This document shows positions 31,498 to 40,623 of a stretch of 64,000 nucleotides of DNA, one piece after another. The translations under genes were made by a program, and so were the position numbers. Every line of letters begins with the position of its first letter. The stretch's first letter is position 1. The stretch comes from an uncultured Enterobacterales bacterium (GTDB taxonomy: Bacteria; Myxococcota_A; UBA796; CAJQPC01), in the NCBI GenBank assembly GCA_964604675.1, contig CAZSAT010000023.1:3228-67227 (forward strand). The letters run 5' to 3'. The notes beneath the pieces were generated by a model, which did not search any database, was not told the origin of the DNA, and saw only the letters and a list, made by a program, of their open reading frames with translations.

Positions 31498-32926
31498 GGG
31501 TGCCGAACCCGACGTACGCGAAGCCGAGCACGAACAGGAGCTGAAACGGAAAGGCGAGGTAGTACCCGTTGGCCACGGCCAATCCAACCCCCCACGCGTG
31601 GTACGCGGCAAGCACCAGCTCCAGGCCCGGCGTCCAGTCGCGCACGGCCAGGTAGCGTCGAGCGCCTCGCTGCCGACCGACGGATCCGGTCTTCGGTGTG
31701 CGGACGAAGGGCGTGACGCGTCCGCCCAGCGCCTCGGCCACGGCGCGGCTCTGGTTCACACCCATCCCGATGCCGACCAGCATGACCATGGGCACCATCG
31801 CGAGGCTGCTCCACCAGTCCCGTTGGAGCGCGCGCTCCGCGGTGACATAGAAGACCGCGACCGACACGGTGGCCAGCGCAAACGCCAGCGCGTCCATCCA
31901 GCCGGCCCACACGCCTTCCCAGCGGTAGCGCACCAGCAGGGACGGCGGCACGAGCAGCGCAAGCACCGTCATCAAGGGGTAGGCCACGTTCGCGCAGAGG
32001 TGTGCCACGGCTTCGGTCTTGACCGGGAGCGGCAGGTCTGCGCGCAGCAGACGGGGAAGGAGCTTCCGCGCCGTCTGGATGGACCCCTTCGCCCAACGGT
32101 GCTGCTGGGTCTTGAAGTCGGCCATGGTCACCGGCAGCTCCGCAGGCGCCGTGACGTCGGGCAGGTACACGAAGGACCAGCCCGCGAGCTGTGCCCGGTA
32201 GCTCAGGTCGAGATCCTCGGTGAGGGTGTCGTGTTGCCAGCCACCGGCGTCGTCGATGCACCGCCGTCGCCAGACGCCCGCAGTTCCGTTGAAGTTGAAG
32301 AAGCGGCCGGTGCGATGCCGCGCGGTGTGTTCGACCACGAAGTGCCCGTCGAGCAGCACGGCCTGGGTGCGCGTGAGCAGCGACAGGTCCCGGTTGAGGT
32401 GGTCCCAGCGAGCCTGCACCATCCCCACCGCGGGATCCGCGAAGGACGGCACCGTGGACCGAAGGAAGCTTCGTGGCGGCAGGAAGTCGGCGTCGAAGAC
32501 CGCGACGAGGCCCCCGCGGGCCTGCTCGAGCCCGGCAGCCAGCGCGCCCGACTTGTAGCCGACCCGCTCGGTCCTGCGGATCCACTGCACGTCGAGCCCC
32601 GCGGCCCGGTGCCGCTCGACAGCCGCGAGCGAGAGCGCTTCCGAGCCATCGTCGCTGTCGTCGAGGACCTGCACCTGGAGGCGCTCGGTGGGCCAGTCGA
32701 GCCCGCAGACGGCGTCGATGAGCCGCACGACGACCTCGCCTTCGTTGAAGACGGGCAGCTGGACCGTCACGGTCGGCAAGTCGCGCTCGCCCGTCGGCGG
32801 CGCAAGGCGGCTGCCCCGGCTGCGAAGGAAGAGGGCGGTGAGGTGGTACCGGTGGATCCCCAGCCCGGCCAGGATGGTCAGGATGCCTGCGTAGGCGACG
32901 AGGACGGCGGCTTCGGCGAGGGTCAT
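31463..32926 (-). CDS. GT2 (cellulose-synthase-like) glycosyltransferase
   Basis: QLPVFNE, DDSDD, GYKSGAL, FDADF, TEDLD, QQHRWAKG; N- and C-terminal TM helices. Confidence 0.92.
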   Translation of the reverse strand: MTLAEAAVLVAYAGILTILAGLGIHRYHLTALFLRSRGSRLAPPTGERDLPTVTVQLPVFNEGEVVVRLIDAVCGLDWPTERLQVQVLDDSDDGSEALSLAAVERHRAAGLDVQWIRRTERVGYKSGALAAGLEQARGGLVAVFDADFLPPRSFLRSTVPSFADPAVGMVQARWDHLNRDLSLLTRTQAVLLDGHFVVEHTARHRTGRFFNFNGTAGVWRRRCIDDAGGWQHDTLTEDLDLSYRAQLAGWSFVYLPDVTAPAELPVTMADFKTQQHRWAKGSIQTARKLLPRLLRADLPLPVKTEAVAHLCANVAYPLMTVLALLVPPSLLVRYRWEGVWAGWMDALAFALATVSVAVFYVTAERALQRDWWSSLAMVPMVMLVGIGMGVNQSRAVAEALGGRVTPFVRTPKTGSVGRQRGARRYLAVRDWTPGLELVLAAYHAWGVGLAVANGYYLAFPFQLLFVLGFAYVGFGTLTSWRRPAGAS

Positions 32927-33059
32927 CGACAAGGGCTCGACCTTAGCTTGTCGCGCGCACAACGGCACCGCTGTAAGCTGTGGTTGGCACCTGCCCGGTG
33001 CGTGCTTCGGTCGTTGTCATTGCGTCTCCTCCGTGCTGATCCCTCGGATCGATCTCTCG

Positions 33060-33200
33060 TCGTGGTGTGCATGCCCTCTCGCAGGGAAGCCTGAAGCGGC
33101 GACATCGGACCCCCCTGATTCATTCGGGAGGAGTCCGACAGGACCACGCGGCCAGGGCGGGGCCACCGCCCGCTCCCCGGTGAAAGGGGGGCGGGCTACC
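33060..33200. ncRNA. Candidate structured RNA or regulatory element between divergent genes
   Basis: Hairpins CGGAC-CCCCCTGA-TTCAT-TCGGGAGG-A-GTCCG and GCCCGCTCCCC-GGTGAAA-GGGGGGCGGGC (33168-33196); family not recognised. Confidence 0.35.
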
Positions 33201-33229
33201 CCACGTCCCGGAGAGCACACGGAGCCTCC

Positions 33230-34231
33230 ATGTTCGGAATCGCCCTCTGGGCCTGCGCCGCGCGCCAAGCCGCGTGGGATCACAGCGCGCACCTCCCCAG
33301 CCCAGCCCTTCAGGCCGTGTTCGCGTCGGTCGAACCCGAGGTGCTCTTCGCCGAGGCGGTCGACCGCCGCGAAGCCGGCGACCTGGAAGGCTCCGTCGCC
33401 CGCCTCGCCTGGCTGCTGCACGAGGGCGACGAGTCGGCCGCCACGCTCTACCAGATCGGGATCGCATTCGAGGGCGCCGAGGACTTCGACCAGGCGTTGC
33501 TCGTCTACGAGGACTTGTTGCGGGCTCACGACGACGCAGACGTCCGTCGGGACGCTGGGTTTCGCCGCGCGGTGGTGCTCGACCAGCTCGGGGAGAGCCG
33601 GCAGGCGCTCCACCAGCTGAAGAAGGTGCGCCCGCCCAGCGACGGCTTCGACACCCACGACCGGGCGACCTACGATCTGCAGCGCGGGGTCGTGCTCGCC
33701 GATGCCGGCAAGGAAGCGCGGGCGCGGGAGGCGCTGGAAGCAGCGCTGGCCATCGCCGAGGGACGGGACGATCTCACCTGGATGGCAGGCCGCGGCTGGG
33801 CCGCGCTGCTCGACATGGAGCTCCGCAGCGCGGCCGCCTTGAGCCTGGACGGTTCGGAGAAGCGCGTCACGGAACGCTTCGTCACGCGACGGGAACACCT
33901 CGCGACCGCCACCTCGATCCTCGTGGACCGCCTGGTGCCCCTGGAGGAACCCACCTGGCTGCTCCATGCGCTGCTCGGGCTGGGCGATGCGAGCGTGGCG
34001 CTCCACCGGGATCTGCTGGCGTCCACCGTCCCCAGGCGGCTCACGGCCGAGCAGGCCGGCATCTACCAGGAGCTCCTGCGCGAACAGGCCGCAGGCTTCC
34101 TCGCCGACGGCTGGCGCTGCTACGACGAGGGCGCCGCCCTCGCGGGACGTCTCCACCTGGACAACCGCTACGCCCGTCTGCTGCGCGAACGACGGGACGC
34201 GCTCGACCTCACGGCCGCCACGTCCCCGTGA
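33230..34231 (+). CDS. TPR-like hypothetical protein, putative lipoprotein
   Basis: MFGIALWAC N-terminus; helical TPR-like segments (ATLYQIGIAFE...FDQALLVYE). Confidence 0.7.
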   Translation: MFGIALWACAARQAAWDHSAHLPSPALQAVFASVEPEVLFAEAVDRREAGDLEGSVARLAWLLHEGDESAATLYQIGIAFEGAEDFDQALLVYEDLLRAHDDADVRRDAGFRRAVVLDQLGESRQALHQLKKVRPPSDGFDTHDRATYDLQRGVVLADAGKEARAREALEAALAIAEGRDDLTWMAGRGWAALLDMELRSAAALSLDGSEKRVTERFVTRREHLATATSILVDRLVPLEEPTWLLHALLGLGDASVALHRDLLASTVPRRLTAEQAGIYQELLREQAAGFLADGWRCYDEGAALAGRLHLDNRYARLLRERRDALDLTAATSP

Positions 34232-34237
34232 GCGCAC

Positions 34238-35362
34238 TCAGTCGATGGAGCGCGAGAAGAAGGTCGGGATGTCGTAGTCGTCGCTGTTGAGGTCGAAGCC
34301 GCTCGACATCGACTCCGGCGTGCGACCACGGCGCTGCGGACCGCGGCCACCGTTCGCGACCATCTGCACCACGCGACGCTCGACGGCCGGCTGCGTGGCA
34401 CGCGCCTGCTCCTCGAAGCCCGTGGCGATGACGGTCACGCGCGCCTCATCTTCCATGCTCTCGTCGTACACGAGCCCCCAGATGACGTGGGCGTCCTCGT
34501 GGGCCTCTTCCTGGATGAGCGAGCTGGCCTCGTGCACCTCGTACAGGGTGAGGTCAGCGTTGCCCGTGACGTTGATCAGCACGCTGGTGGCTCCGGCGAT
34601 GCTCACGTCGTCCAAGAGCGGCGACGAGATCGCCTTCTGCGCGGCATCCACACACTTGTGGTCACCGTTCGCGGTGCCGATGCCCATCATCGCCACGCCC
34701 TTGTTCGCCATGATCGTGCGGACATCGGCGAAGTCGACGTTGATCTGACCGCTGTCGTTGATGAGATCGCTCACGCCCTTGACGGCCTGCAGCAGCACCT
34801 CGTCTGCCATGCGGAAGGCCTCCTTGAGCGTGGTGCGCTCCGTGGCCATCGAAAGCAGGCGCTGGTTCGGGATGGTGATGAGGGTGTCGACCACGCTCTT
34901 CAGGTTCTCGACGCCGTGGTCGCCTTGCTTCCGGCGGCGCTTCCCTTCGAAGAAGAACGGACGCGTCACCACACCCACCGTCAACGCACCGATCTCCTTG
35001 CAGATCTGGGCGATGACCGGCGCAGCTCCGGTGCCCGTGCCGCCACCCATGCCCGCGGTCACGAACACCATGTCGGCACCGACGAGCAGCTCGGCGAGGC
35101 GCTCGCGGTCCTCGAGCGCGCTCTCGCGGCCCATGTCCGGGTTCGAGCCCGCACCGAGCCCCTTGGTCAGCTGCGTGCCCAGCTGGAAACGGCGAGGCGC
35201 CAGGCTCTTGGCGAGGTCCTGGGCGTCGGTGTTCACGGCGATGAACTCCACGCCCTTCAGGCCGTTGGCGATCATCGTGTTGACGGCGTTGTTACCGCCG
35301 CCGCCGACGCCGATCACCTTGATGCGTGCGCCCATCAGCTCGTTTTCGATCATCTCGATCAT
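34238..35362 (-). CDS. ftsZ: Cell division protein FtsZ
   Basis: [28 protein letters not shown]-terminal DIPTF. Confidence 0.98.
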   Translation of the reverse strand: MIEMIENELMGARIKVIGVGGGGNNAVNTMIANGLKGVEFIAVNTDAQDLAKSLAPRRFQLGTQLTKGLGAGSNPDMGRESALEDRERLAELLVGADMVFVTAGMGGGTGTGAAPVIAQICKEIGALTVGVVTRPFFFEGKRRRKQGDHGVENLKSVVDTLITIPNQRLLSMATERTTLKEAFRMADEVLLQAVKGVSDLINDSGQINVDFADVRTIMANKGVAMMGIGTANGDHKCVDAAQKAISSPLLDDVSIAGATSVLINVTGNADLTLYEVHEASSLIQEEAHEDAHVIWGLVYDESMEDEARVTVIATGFEEQARATQPAVERRVVQMVANGGRGPQRRGRTPESMSSGFDLNSDDYDIPTFFSRSID

Positions 35363-35418
35363 GGGGGGACCTCGGGGAGTTTCTTGTGGGGCTTGTGGAG
35401 AGAGCCGGGGAGCTCGGC

Positions 35419-36165
35419 TCAGGTGGGAAGCGGGGTGACGATGGCGCGGTCGATCAGATCGAGGTCGACGCGCGTCGGTGTCTGGAGATCGAGCCCAGAC
35501 GCCACGAGCCTGTCGAGGCGCTCCAGGCGCTTTGCGGGGTCCAGGAGGCCGAGGTGGACGGCACTGCCCGAACGAAGTCGGAGGGTGAAGCCCAGATCGG
35601 CATCGAAGGCCAGCTCGCTCACGTCCTCGGCGGCGAGGCTGGCGTGACCGTCCAGCGCATGGAGCAGCGCAACCGCCTCGATCACCACCCGTTGGCCCAC
35701 GCTGGCGTGTTCGTGCACGAGCCGCCCGTCGAGGCCCGTGAGCACGGGCAGATCCAGATCGCTGGCGTGGGCACGCGCGAAGACCTGACCGAGCGTCGAG
35801 ACACGGAAGAGTCCGTCTTCGACCAGCAGCAGCATGGCCTGTTGGTGCTCGACGACACGGATCTCCACCCGACCCTGCAGATCCCGGCGCACCTCGGAGC
35901 TGGCGACCCAAGGGTGACGGTCGACTGCCGCGACGGCGCCGTTGAGGTCGAGCGCAGTGAGCGGCTGGCCAGGACGGATGTCGGCGAGGTGACGAAGCGA
36001 GGTGTCGGACGCGTGCTGAGCGCCGACGACCTCGACCGACGCGACGCGCGGCACCGCCTCGGCCAGCGCATCGCGCTGCCAGGCGGCCAGGGCGACCCCC
36101 CCCGCGACCACCAGGACCACGGGGAGCTTCGCCTGCGCGTGCATGACCGACCACATCTGCTTCAC
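35419..36165 (-). CDS. ftsQ: Cell division protein FtsQ/DivIB
   Basis: TM helix, POTRA (VEVVG...[11 protein letters not shown]...IRVVEH), C-terminal DL motif; position ddl-ftsQ-ftsZ. Confidence 0.85.
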   Translation of the reverse strand: MKQMWSVMHAQAKLPVVLVVAGGVALAAWQRDALAEAVPRVASVEVVGAQHASDTSLRHLADIRPGQPLTALDLNGAVAAVDRHPWVASSEVRRDLQGRVEIRVVEHQQAMLLLVEDGLFRVSTLGQVFARAHASDLDLPVLTGLDGRLVHEHASVGQRVVIEAVALLHALDGHASLAAEDVSELAFDADLGFTLRLRSGSAVHLGLLDPAKRLERLDRLVASGLDLQTPTRVDLDLIDRAIVTPLPT

Positions 36166-36227
36166 CTGCCGCTTCAGCTCCAGCGCCCGAGACGGGCGCC
36201 GGGAGGCGCTTCAACCGCTACCAGGTG

Positions 36228-36257
36228 ATTGTAAGAAGCCCGCTCAACTCTTGACAA
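36228..36257 (-). promoter_or_regulatory. Internal sigma70-type promoter for ftsQ-ftsZ
   Basis: TTGTCA-18 nt-TACAAT in an AT-rich patch between ddl and ftsQ. Confidence 0.55.
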
Positions 36258-36348
36258 GTAAATAGGTCGCTTTTTTGTGACAGGCCCCGAAAGACGACGC
36301 CGTCGGGCGTTCAGTGGGATCGGAGCAAGGATCCTTGCCGATGACGCG

Positions 36349-37272
36349 TCAACCGTCGTGGGGCGCGAGATGGAGCCTGGCCCGGAGCAACAGCCCATCG
36401 ACGAGGCTGTCGAAGTCGACGCCGACGGCCTGCGCCGCCATGGGCGAGAGGCTGGTGGCCGTCATGCCGGGAATGGTGTTGATCTCCAGGAACCAGGGCA
36501 CGCCCTGGGCGTCCACGATGAAGTCGGCCCGCGCGATGCCCGAGAGCCCCAGGGTCTGGTAGGCGGTCACCGCACCGGCTCGAGCCAGCCGAGCCGTGTC
36601 CTCCGGCAGCATCGCCGGGACCACGTAGCGGGTCGCTCCCTTGGTGTACTTGGCCTCGAAGTCGAAGAACCCCGACTCCGGAACGATGGCGACCACAGGG
36701 AGCGCGCGCCCGTCGAGCACGGCGACCGTGATCTCGTCGCCGGCGATGCGCTGCTCCAGCAGGACGGTGTCGTCGAGCTCGCCAAGCTCGACCAGGGCAC
36801 GCTCGAGGCCGGCCTCGTCGTCGACCATCGCGATGCCGAGGGTCGAGCCCCCACACGGCGTCTTGGCGACGACGGGCAGCCCGATGTGGGGCAGGCCGTC
36901 ACCGCGCCTCCACACCGCGTCCGCCGGCATCGCGATGTCGGTGTCGGCGAGGAGCCGCTTGGTGGTGACCTTGTCCATCGCGACCGCGGACTCCTTGGGA
37001 CCGGAGCCGGTGTACGGAATGCGCATCACCTCCAACAGGCCCTGCACGCAGCCGTCTTCGCCAAAGGCGCCGTGGAGGGCGATCCAGACCGCGCGGGCGC
37101 CCGACGCGACCAGCTGCGCCGGTAGATCGGGCCCGACGTCGATGCCCACGACGTCCCAGCCCTTGCGCTCCAGCGCGCCGAGCACCGCAGCCCCCGACTC
37201 CAAGCTCACGCCCCGCTCGCTCGACAGGCCGCCCATCAAGACCGCCACGGGCCAGTCACGTTGTACCTGCAT
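36349..37272 (-). CDS. ddl: D-alanine--D-alanine ligase
   Basis: GGLSSERGVS, LHGAFGEDG, FDFEAKY, EINTIPGMT. Confidence 0.96.
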   Translation of the reverse strand: MQVQRDWPVAVLMGGLSSERGVSLESGAAVLGALERKGWDVVGIDVGPDLPAQLVASGARAVWIALHGAFGEDGCVQGLLEVMRIPYTGSGPKESAVAMDKVTTKRLLADTDIAMPADAVWRRGDGLPHIGLPVVAKTPCGGSTLGIAMVDDEAGLERALVELGELDDTVLLEQRIAGDEITVAVLDGRALPVVAIVPESGFFDFEAKYTKGATRYVVPAMLPEDTARLARAGAVTAYQTLGLSGIARADFIVDAQGVPWFLEINTIPGMTATSLSPMAAQAVGVDFDSLVDGLLLRARLHLAPHDG

Positions 37273-38099
37273 CAGCTCCTCCCGACGGGTCGACGCTCGA
37301 CCTCGAGCTCGACCCCACTGACCGTCTTCACGCGGTCCTTGATCATCTTCACCAGCAGCCTGTGATCCGCCGAGCTGCCCCCACCGAGGTGCACGAGCGC
37401 GTTCGGCTCCCGCTCCCCCACGCGCAGCTGCCGAAGCCTCACGCCACAGAGGCCCGCCTCGGCGATGGCCCGGGCAGCCGTCACGTGCTCCGAGTCCTTC
37501 ATCAAGCGCCCCGGCAGGCCTTCGGCTTCTCCGCGCCGCGCCTGCCGAGCCTCAGCGTAGTCGCCGAGCCCCACCATGGGCCGGAGCGCCAGGCGAAGGG
37601 AGGTCGCCACCCGGTTGGCGGAGGCCTGCTTCGCCCACGAAAAGACCGACCCTCGCAAGGCCCTCACAGCGACCGGCGCGACGTGGCCCGCGCGCCAGGC
37701 CGAGGCCACCGTCCCCGCACGGCCGGCGAGCGCCTCGACACCCGCCAGCCCTTCCGCTTCGGCCCAGCAAGCGAACACGCTCGCGCCCACTTCGGTGCCG
37801 ACGTCGACCATGAGCCCATCACGGGTCATCCCGCGGGCCGCTCCCCCGAGCGCCATCCACGCCCCCCCGAGCCCGCCGTCCAACACCCAGTCGGGTGCCG
37901 CCGACCAGGGTCGGAGCGGCACGTCAGCGGCGCTGGCCAGCCTCGCGGCCTCGCCAGCCGCCGCTTCGGTCTCTGCCAGGAGCCAGAGATCGATCGGCCC
38001 GCCGAGGCGGAGGGTGGTGTGCCGCGCCGCGGGCTCGCCGGCGCGCACGACCAGGTCGGGCACCTCTTCCAACGCTGCGACGAAGGCGTCTTCGATCAT
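37272..38099 (-). CDS. Degenerate MurB-like protein, likely not catalytic
   Basis: In the murB slot with HTTLRLGGP, GL.GVE.L.G..GTV and C-terminal GVELEVE. GxGSN, MNAG and SAGSxFKNP cannot be found. Confidence 0.75.
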   Translation of the reverse strand: MIEDAFVAALEEVPDLVVRAGEPAARHTTLRLGGPIDLWLLAETEAAAGEAARLASAADVPLRPWSAAPDWVLDGGLGGAWMALGGAARGMTRDGLMVDVGTEVGASVFACWAEAEGLAGVEALAGRAGTVASAWRAGHVAPVAVRALRGSVFSWAKQASANRVATSLRLALRPMVGLGDYAEARQARRGEAEGLPGRLMKDSEHVTAARAIAEAGLCGVRLRQLRVGEREPNALVHLGGGSSADHRLLVKMIKDRVKTVSGVELEVERRPVGRS

Positions 38100-39472
38100 G
38101 AATCGAGCGCCGAGAGCAGGCGTTCGCAGAGGGTGTTCACGTGGCCGGCGCCGAGCGTGATCACCAGATCACCAGGTCGCTGCTCACGCACCAGCCAAGC
38201 GAGCGCGCCATCGAGATCGTCGCACTCCGAGACCCCCCTGTGGCCGTGCGCCCGCAGCCCGTCGGCGAGCGCGGCGTGATCGACCCCCGCGATCGGCTCC
38301 TCCCCCGCCGCATAGACAGGACAGACCAACACCTCGTCGGCAGCGTTGAAGGCCCGGCAGAAGTCCGCCTGCAGGTCGCGCACTCGGCTGTAGCGGTGGG
38401 GCTGGAACACCGCGACCACCCGGCGTTCCGGGAAGCCCTCACGGGCGGCCGTCAGGGTCGCCGAGATCTCCACGGGATGGTGCCCGTAGTCGTCGACCAC
38501 GAGCACATCGGCGACCTCGCCACGCACCGTGAAGCGGCGCTGCACGCCCGTGAACCCCGACAGGCCATCGCGGATGGTGTGGAAGGGGATGTCGAGCTCC
38601 AGGGCCGTGGCGACCGCGGCCAGCGCGTTCTGCACGTTGTGCTGGCCGGGCATGCCCAGCTCGATCACGCCCAGCCGCTCGCCGAGGCGATGCACCTCGA
38701 ACGACGTGGCCAGACCGTCGGCGCGGAGCTCGGCGGCGCGCACCTCGGCCTGGCGACTCAGCCCGTAGGTGACCACCTTCTTTCGGAGGCGGGGCAGCAG
38801 GTCCTGCACGACGGGATGATCGAGGCAGGCGACCGTGAATCCGTAGAACGGCACCTTGTTTCCGAAGGCCGCGAAGGTGTCGGTGAGGGCCTCGAAGCTG
38901 CCGTAGTGGTCGAGGTGTTCCGGGTCGACGTTGGTGACGATGGCGATGGTGGGCGCGAGCAGCATGAAGCTGCCGTCGCTCTCGTCGGCTTCGGCCACCA
39001 GGAACTCGCCGCGACCGAGCCGCGCGTTGCTGCCGATGGCATCCAGGATGCCGCCGATCACCACCGTCGGGTCCAGGTCCGCGCGGGCCAGGACCGTGGC
39101 GAGCATCGACGTGGTGGTGGTCTTGCCATGGGTACCGGCGACCGCGATTCCGGACTTCACCCGCATCAGCTCGGCGAGCATCTCCGCCCTCGGAATCACC
39201 GGGACGTGGGCTTCGTGCGCCGCTCGGATCTCGGGGTTTTCCTCGGAGACGGCGGTGGACTTCACCACCACGTCCGCAGAGCCCAGGTTGCCGGGCTCGT
39301 GCCCGATGTGCACCTCGGCACCCAAGCGCCGCAGACGCTGCACGGCCGCCCCCGCCTTGAGGTCGCTCCCGGTGACCGAGTACCCCAGGTTGAGCAGCAC
39401 CTCGGCGATGCCACACATGCCGGAGCCGCCGATACCGACGAAGTGGATCTGGCCGACCTTGCCACGAAACAT
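38096..39472 (-). CDS. murC: UDP-N-acetylmuramate--L-alanine ligase
   Basis: HFVGIGGSGM, GTHGKTTTT, EADESD, DDYGHHP, FQPHRYSR. Confidence 0.97.
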   Translation of the reverse strand: MFRGKVGQIHFVGIGGSGMCGIAEVLLNLGYSVTGSDLKAGAAVQRLRRLGAEVHIGHEPGNLGSADVVVKSTAVSEENPEIRAAHEAHVPVIPRAEMLAELMRVKSGIAVAGTHGKTTTTSMLATVLARADLDPTVVIGGILDAIGSNARLGRGEFLVAEADESDGSFMLLAPTIAIVTNVDPEHLDHYGSFEALTDTFAAFGNKVPFYGFTVACLDHPVVQDLLPRLRKKVVTYGLSRQAEVRAAELRADGLATSFEVHRLGERLGVIELGMPGQHNVQNALAAVATALELDIPFHTIRDGLSGFTGVQRRFTVRGEVADVLVVDDYGHHPVEISATLTAAREGFPERRVVAVFQPHRYSRVRDLQADFCRAFNAADEVLVCPVYAAGEEPIAGVDHAALADGLRAHGHRGVSECDDLDGALAWLVREQRPGDLVITLGAGHVNTLCERLLSALDS

Positions 39473-40623
39473 CAGGCGCTCCGGAGGGCCTCGGGCAGCG
39501 GGGCCGCCGAGAAGCTGGGGCGCCGTGCTCGGCTGGACGCGGCGGCCACGTTCAGCAGCGCGCCGATGGAGAAGAGGTGGCACATCAAGGCGGACGGCCC
39601 GTAGCTCATGAAGGGCAGCACGAGGCCCTTCGGCGGCAACACGCCCATCTCGACCCCAAGGTTCAAGGCAGCCTGGATGCCGATGAGCGCGGTGAGCGCG
39701 CCGGCGACCAGGGTTCCGAAGAGGTCCGGCGCGCGACGCGAGATGGCCAGTCCCCGCCAGCAGAGGGCCGCGTACAGTCCGAGGAGCACGAGCACGCCGA
39801 CGAGGCCTGCCTCCTCGGCGAACACAGCGCCGACGAAGTCGGTCCACGGCTCGGGGAGGAACAGGTGCTTGGCCTGCCCTTCCCCGAGACCTGCCCCGGT
39901 GAGCCCGCCGTTGGAGAAGGCGATCATCGACTGGATCACATGGTAGCCGGTGCCCGCCGGATCGGCCCACGGGTCGATGAAGCTCATGACCCGCTTCATG
40001 CGGTACGAGAACAGCAGGACCAGAGGGATGCCCGCCGCCACGCCGAGCGCCACGAGCCCGCCGACCCAACGCAGCGGGAGTCCTGCGAGGAAGAGCACCA
40101 GGCCGGCGGTCAGGGCCAAGAGCACCGTGGTGCCGAAGTCCGGCTCGAGGAGGGTGAGCACCATGAGCGGCGCCGGGATGAGCAGGGCGGGCACCATCAC
40201 ACGCTTCAGGTCGGTGAGCGCGCCGGCGCGACGGGACAGGAAGTCCGCCATGCAGACGACCAGGGCCAGCTTCGCGAACTCCGAAGGCTGCACGTGCACG
40301 CCTGCCATCCCGATCCAGCGCGAGGCGCCGTTGGCGGAGTGGCTGATGCCGGGGACGAAGCAGAAGCTCAGGCCGAGCATACAGAGCGCATAGAACGCCC
40401 AGGCCCCCTCTCGTAGCCACCGGTACGGCATCCATGCCAGGCCGCACGCGCCGGCAACGCCCACGGCCACGCCGAAGGCCTGCCGCTTCACGTAGTAGAG
40501 GCTGTCGCCGCTCCAATCCAGCGCCGTCGGACCGCTGGCCGACTGCACCATGAGCAGACCCAGCACCAGCAAGGCTGCCACCAGGCCGATCAGGACCCCA
40601 TCACGCTTGTTGGGCACACTCAT
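39472..40623 (-). CDS. ftsW: SEDS protein FtsW
   Basis: NGASRW, QPSEFAK, LEPDFGT, LPEPWTDF, PFMSYG. Confidence 0.95.
   Translation of the reverse strand: MSVPNKRDGVLIGLVAALLVLGLLMVQSASGPTALDWSGDSLYYVKRQAFGVAVGVAGACGLAWMPYRWLREGAWAFYALCMLGLSFCFVPGISHSANGASRWIGMAGVHVQPSEFAKLALVVCMADFLSRRAGALTDLKRVMVPALLIPAPLMVLTLLEPDFGTTVLLALTAGLVLFLAGLPLRWVGGLVALGVAAGIPLVLLFSYRMKRVMSFIDPWADPAGTGYHVIQSMIAFSNGGLTGAGLGEGQAKHLFLPEPWTDFVGAVFAEEAGLVGVLVLLGLYAALCWRGLAISRRAPDLFGTLVAGALTALIGIQAALNLGVEMGVLPPKGLVLPFMSYGPSALMCHLFSIGALLNVAAASSRARRPSFSAAPLPEALRSA

Noticed and set aside
32982-33000. TTGGCAC as a sigma54 promoter
   Set aside because: GC is not 10 nt after GG; the spacing is wrong.
36349-37272. D-Ala-D-Lac ligase (intrinsic vancomycin resistance)
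   Set aside because: The omega loop FDFEAKY keeps Tyr at the E. coli DdlB Y216-equivalent position, which is D-Ala-D-Ala type.
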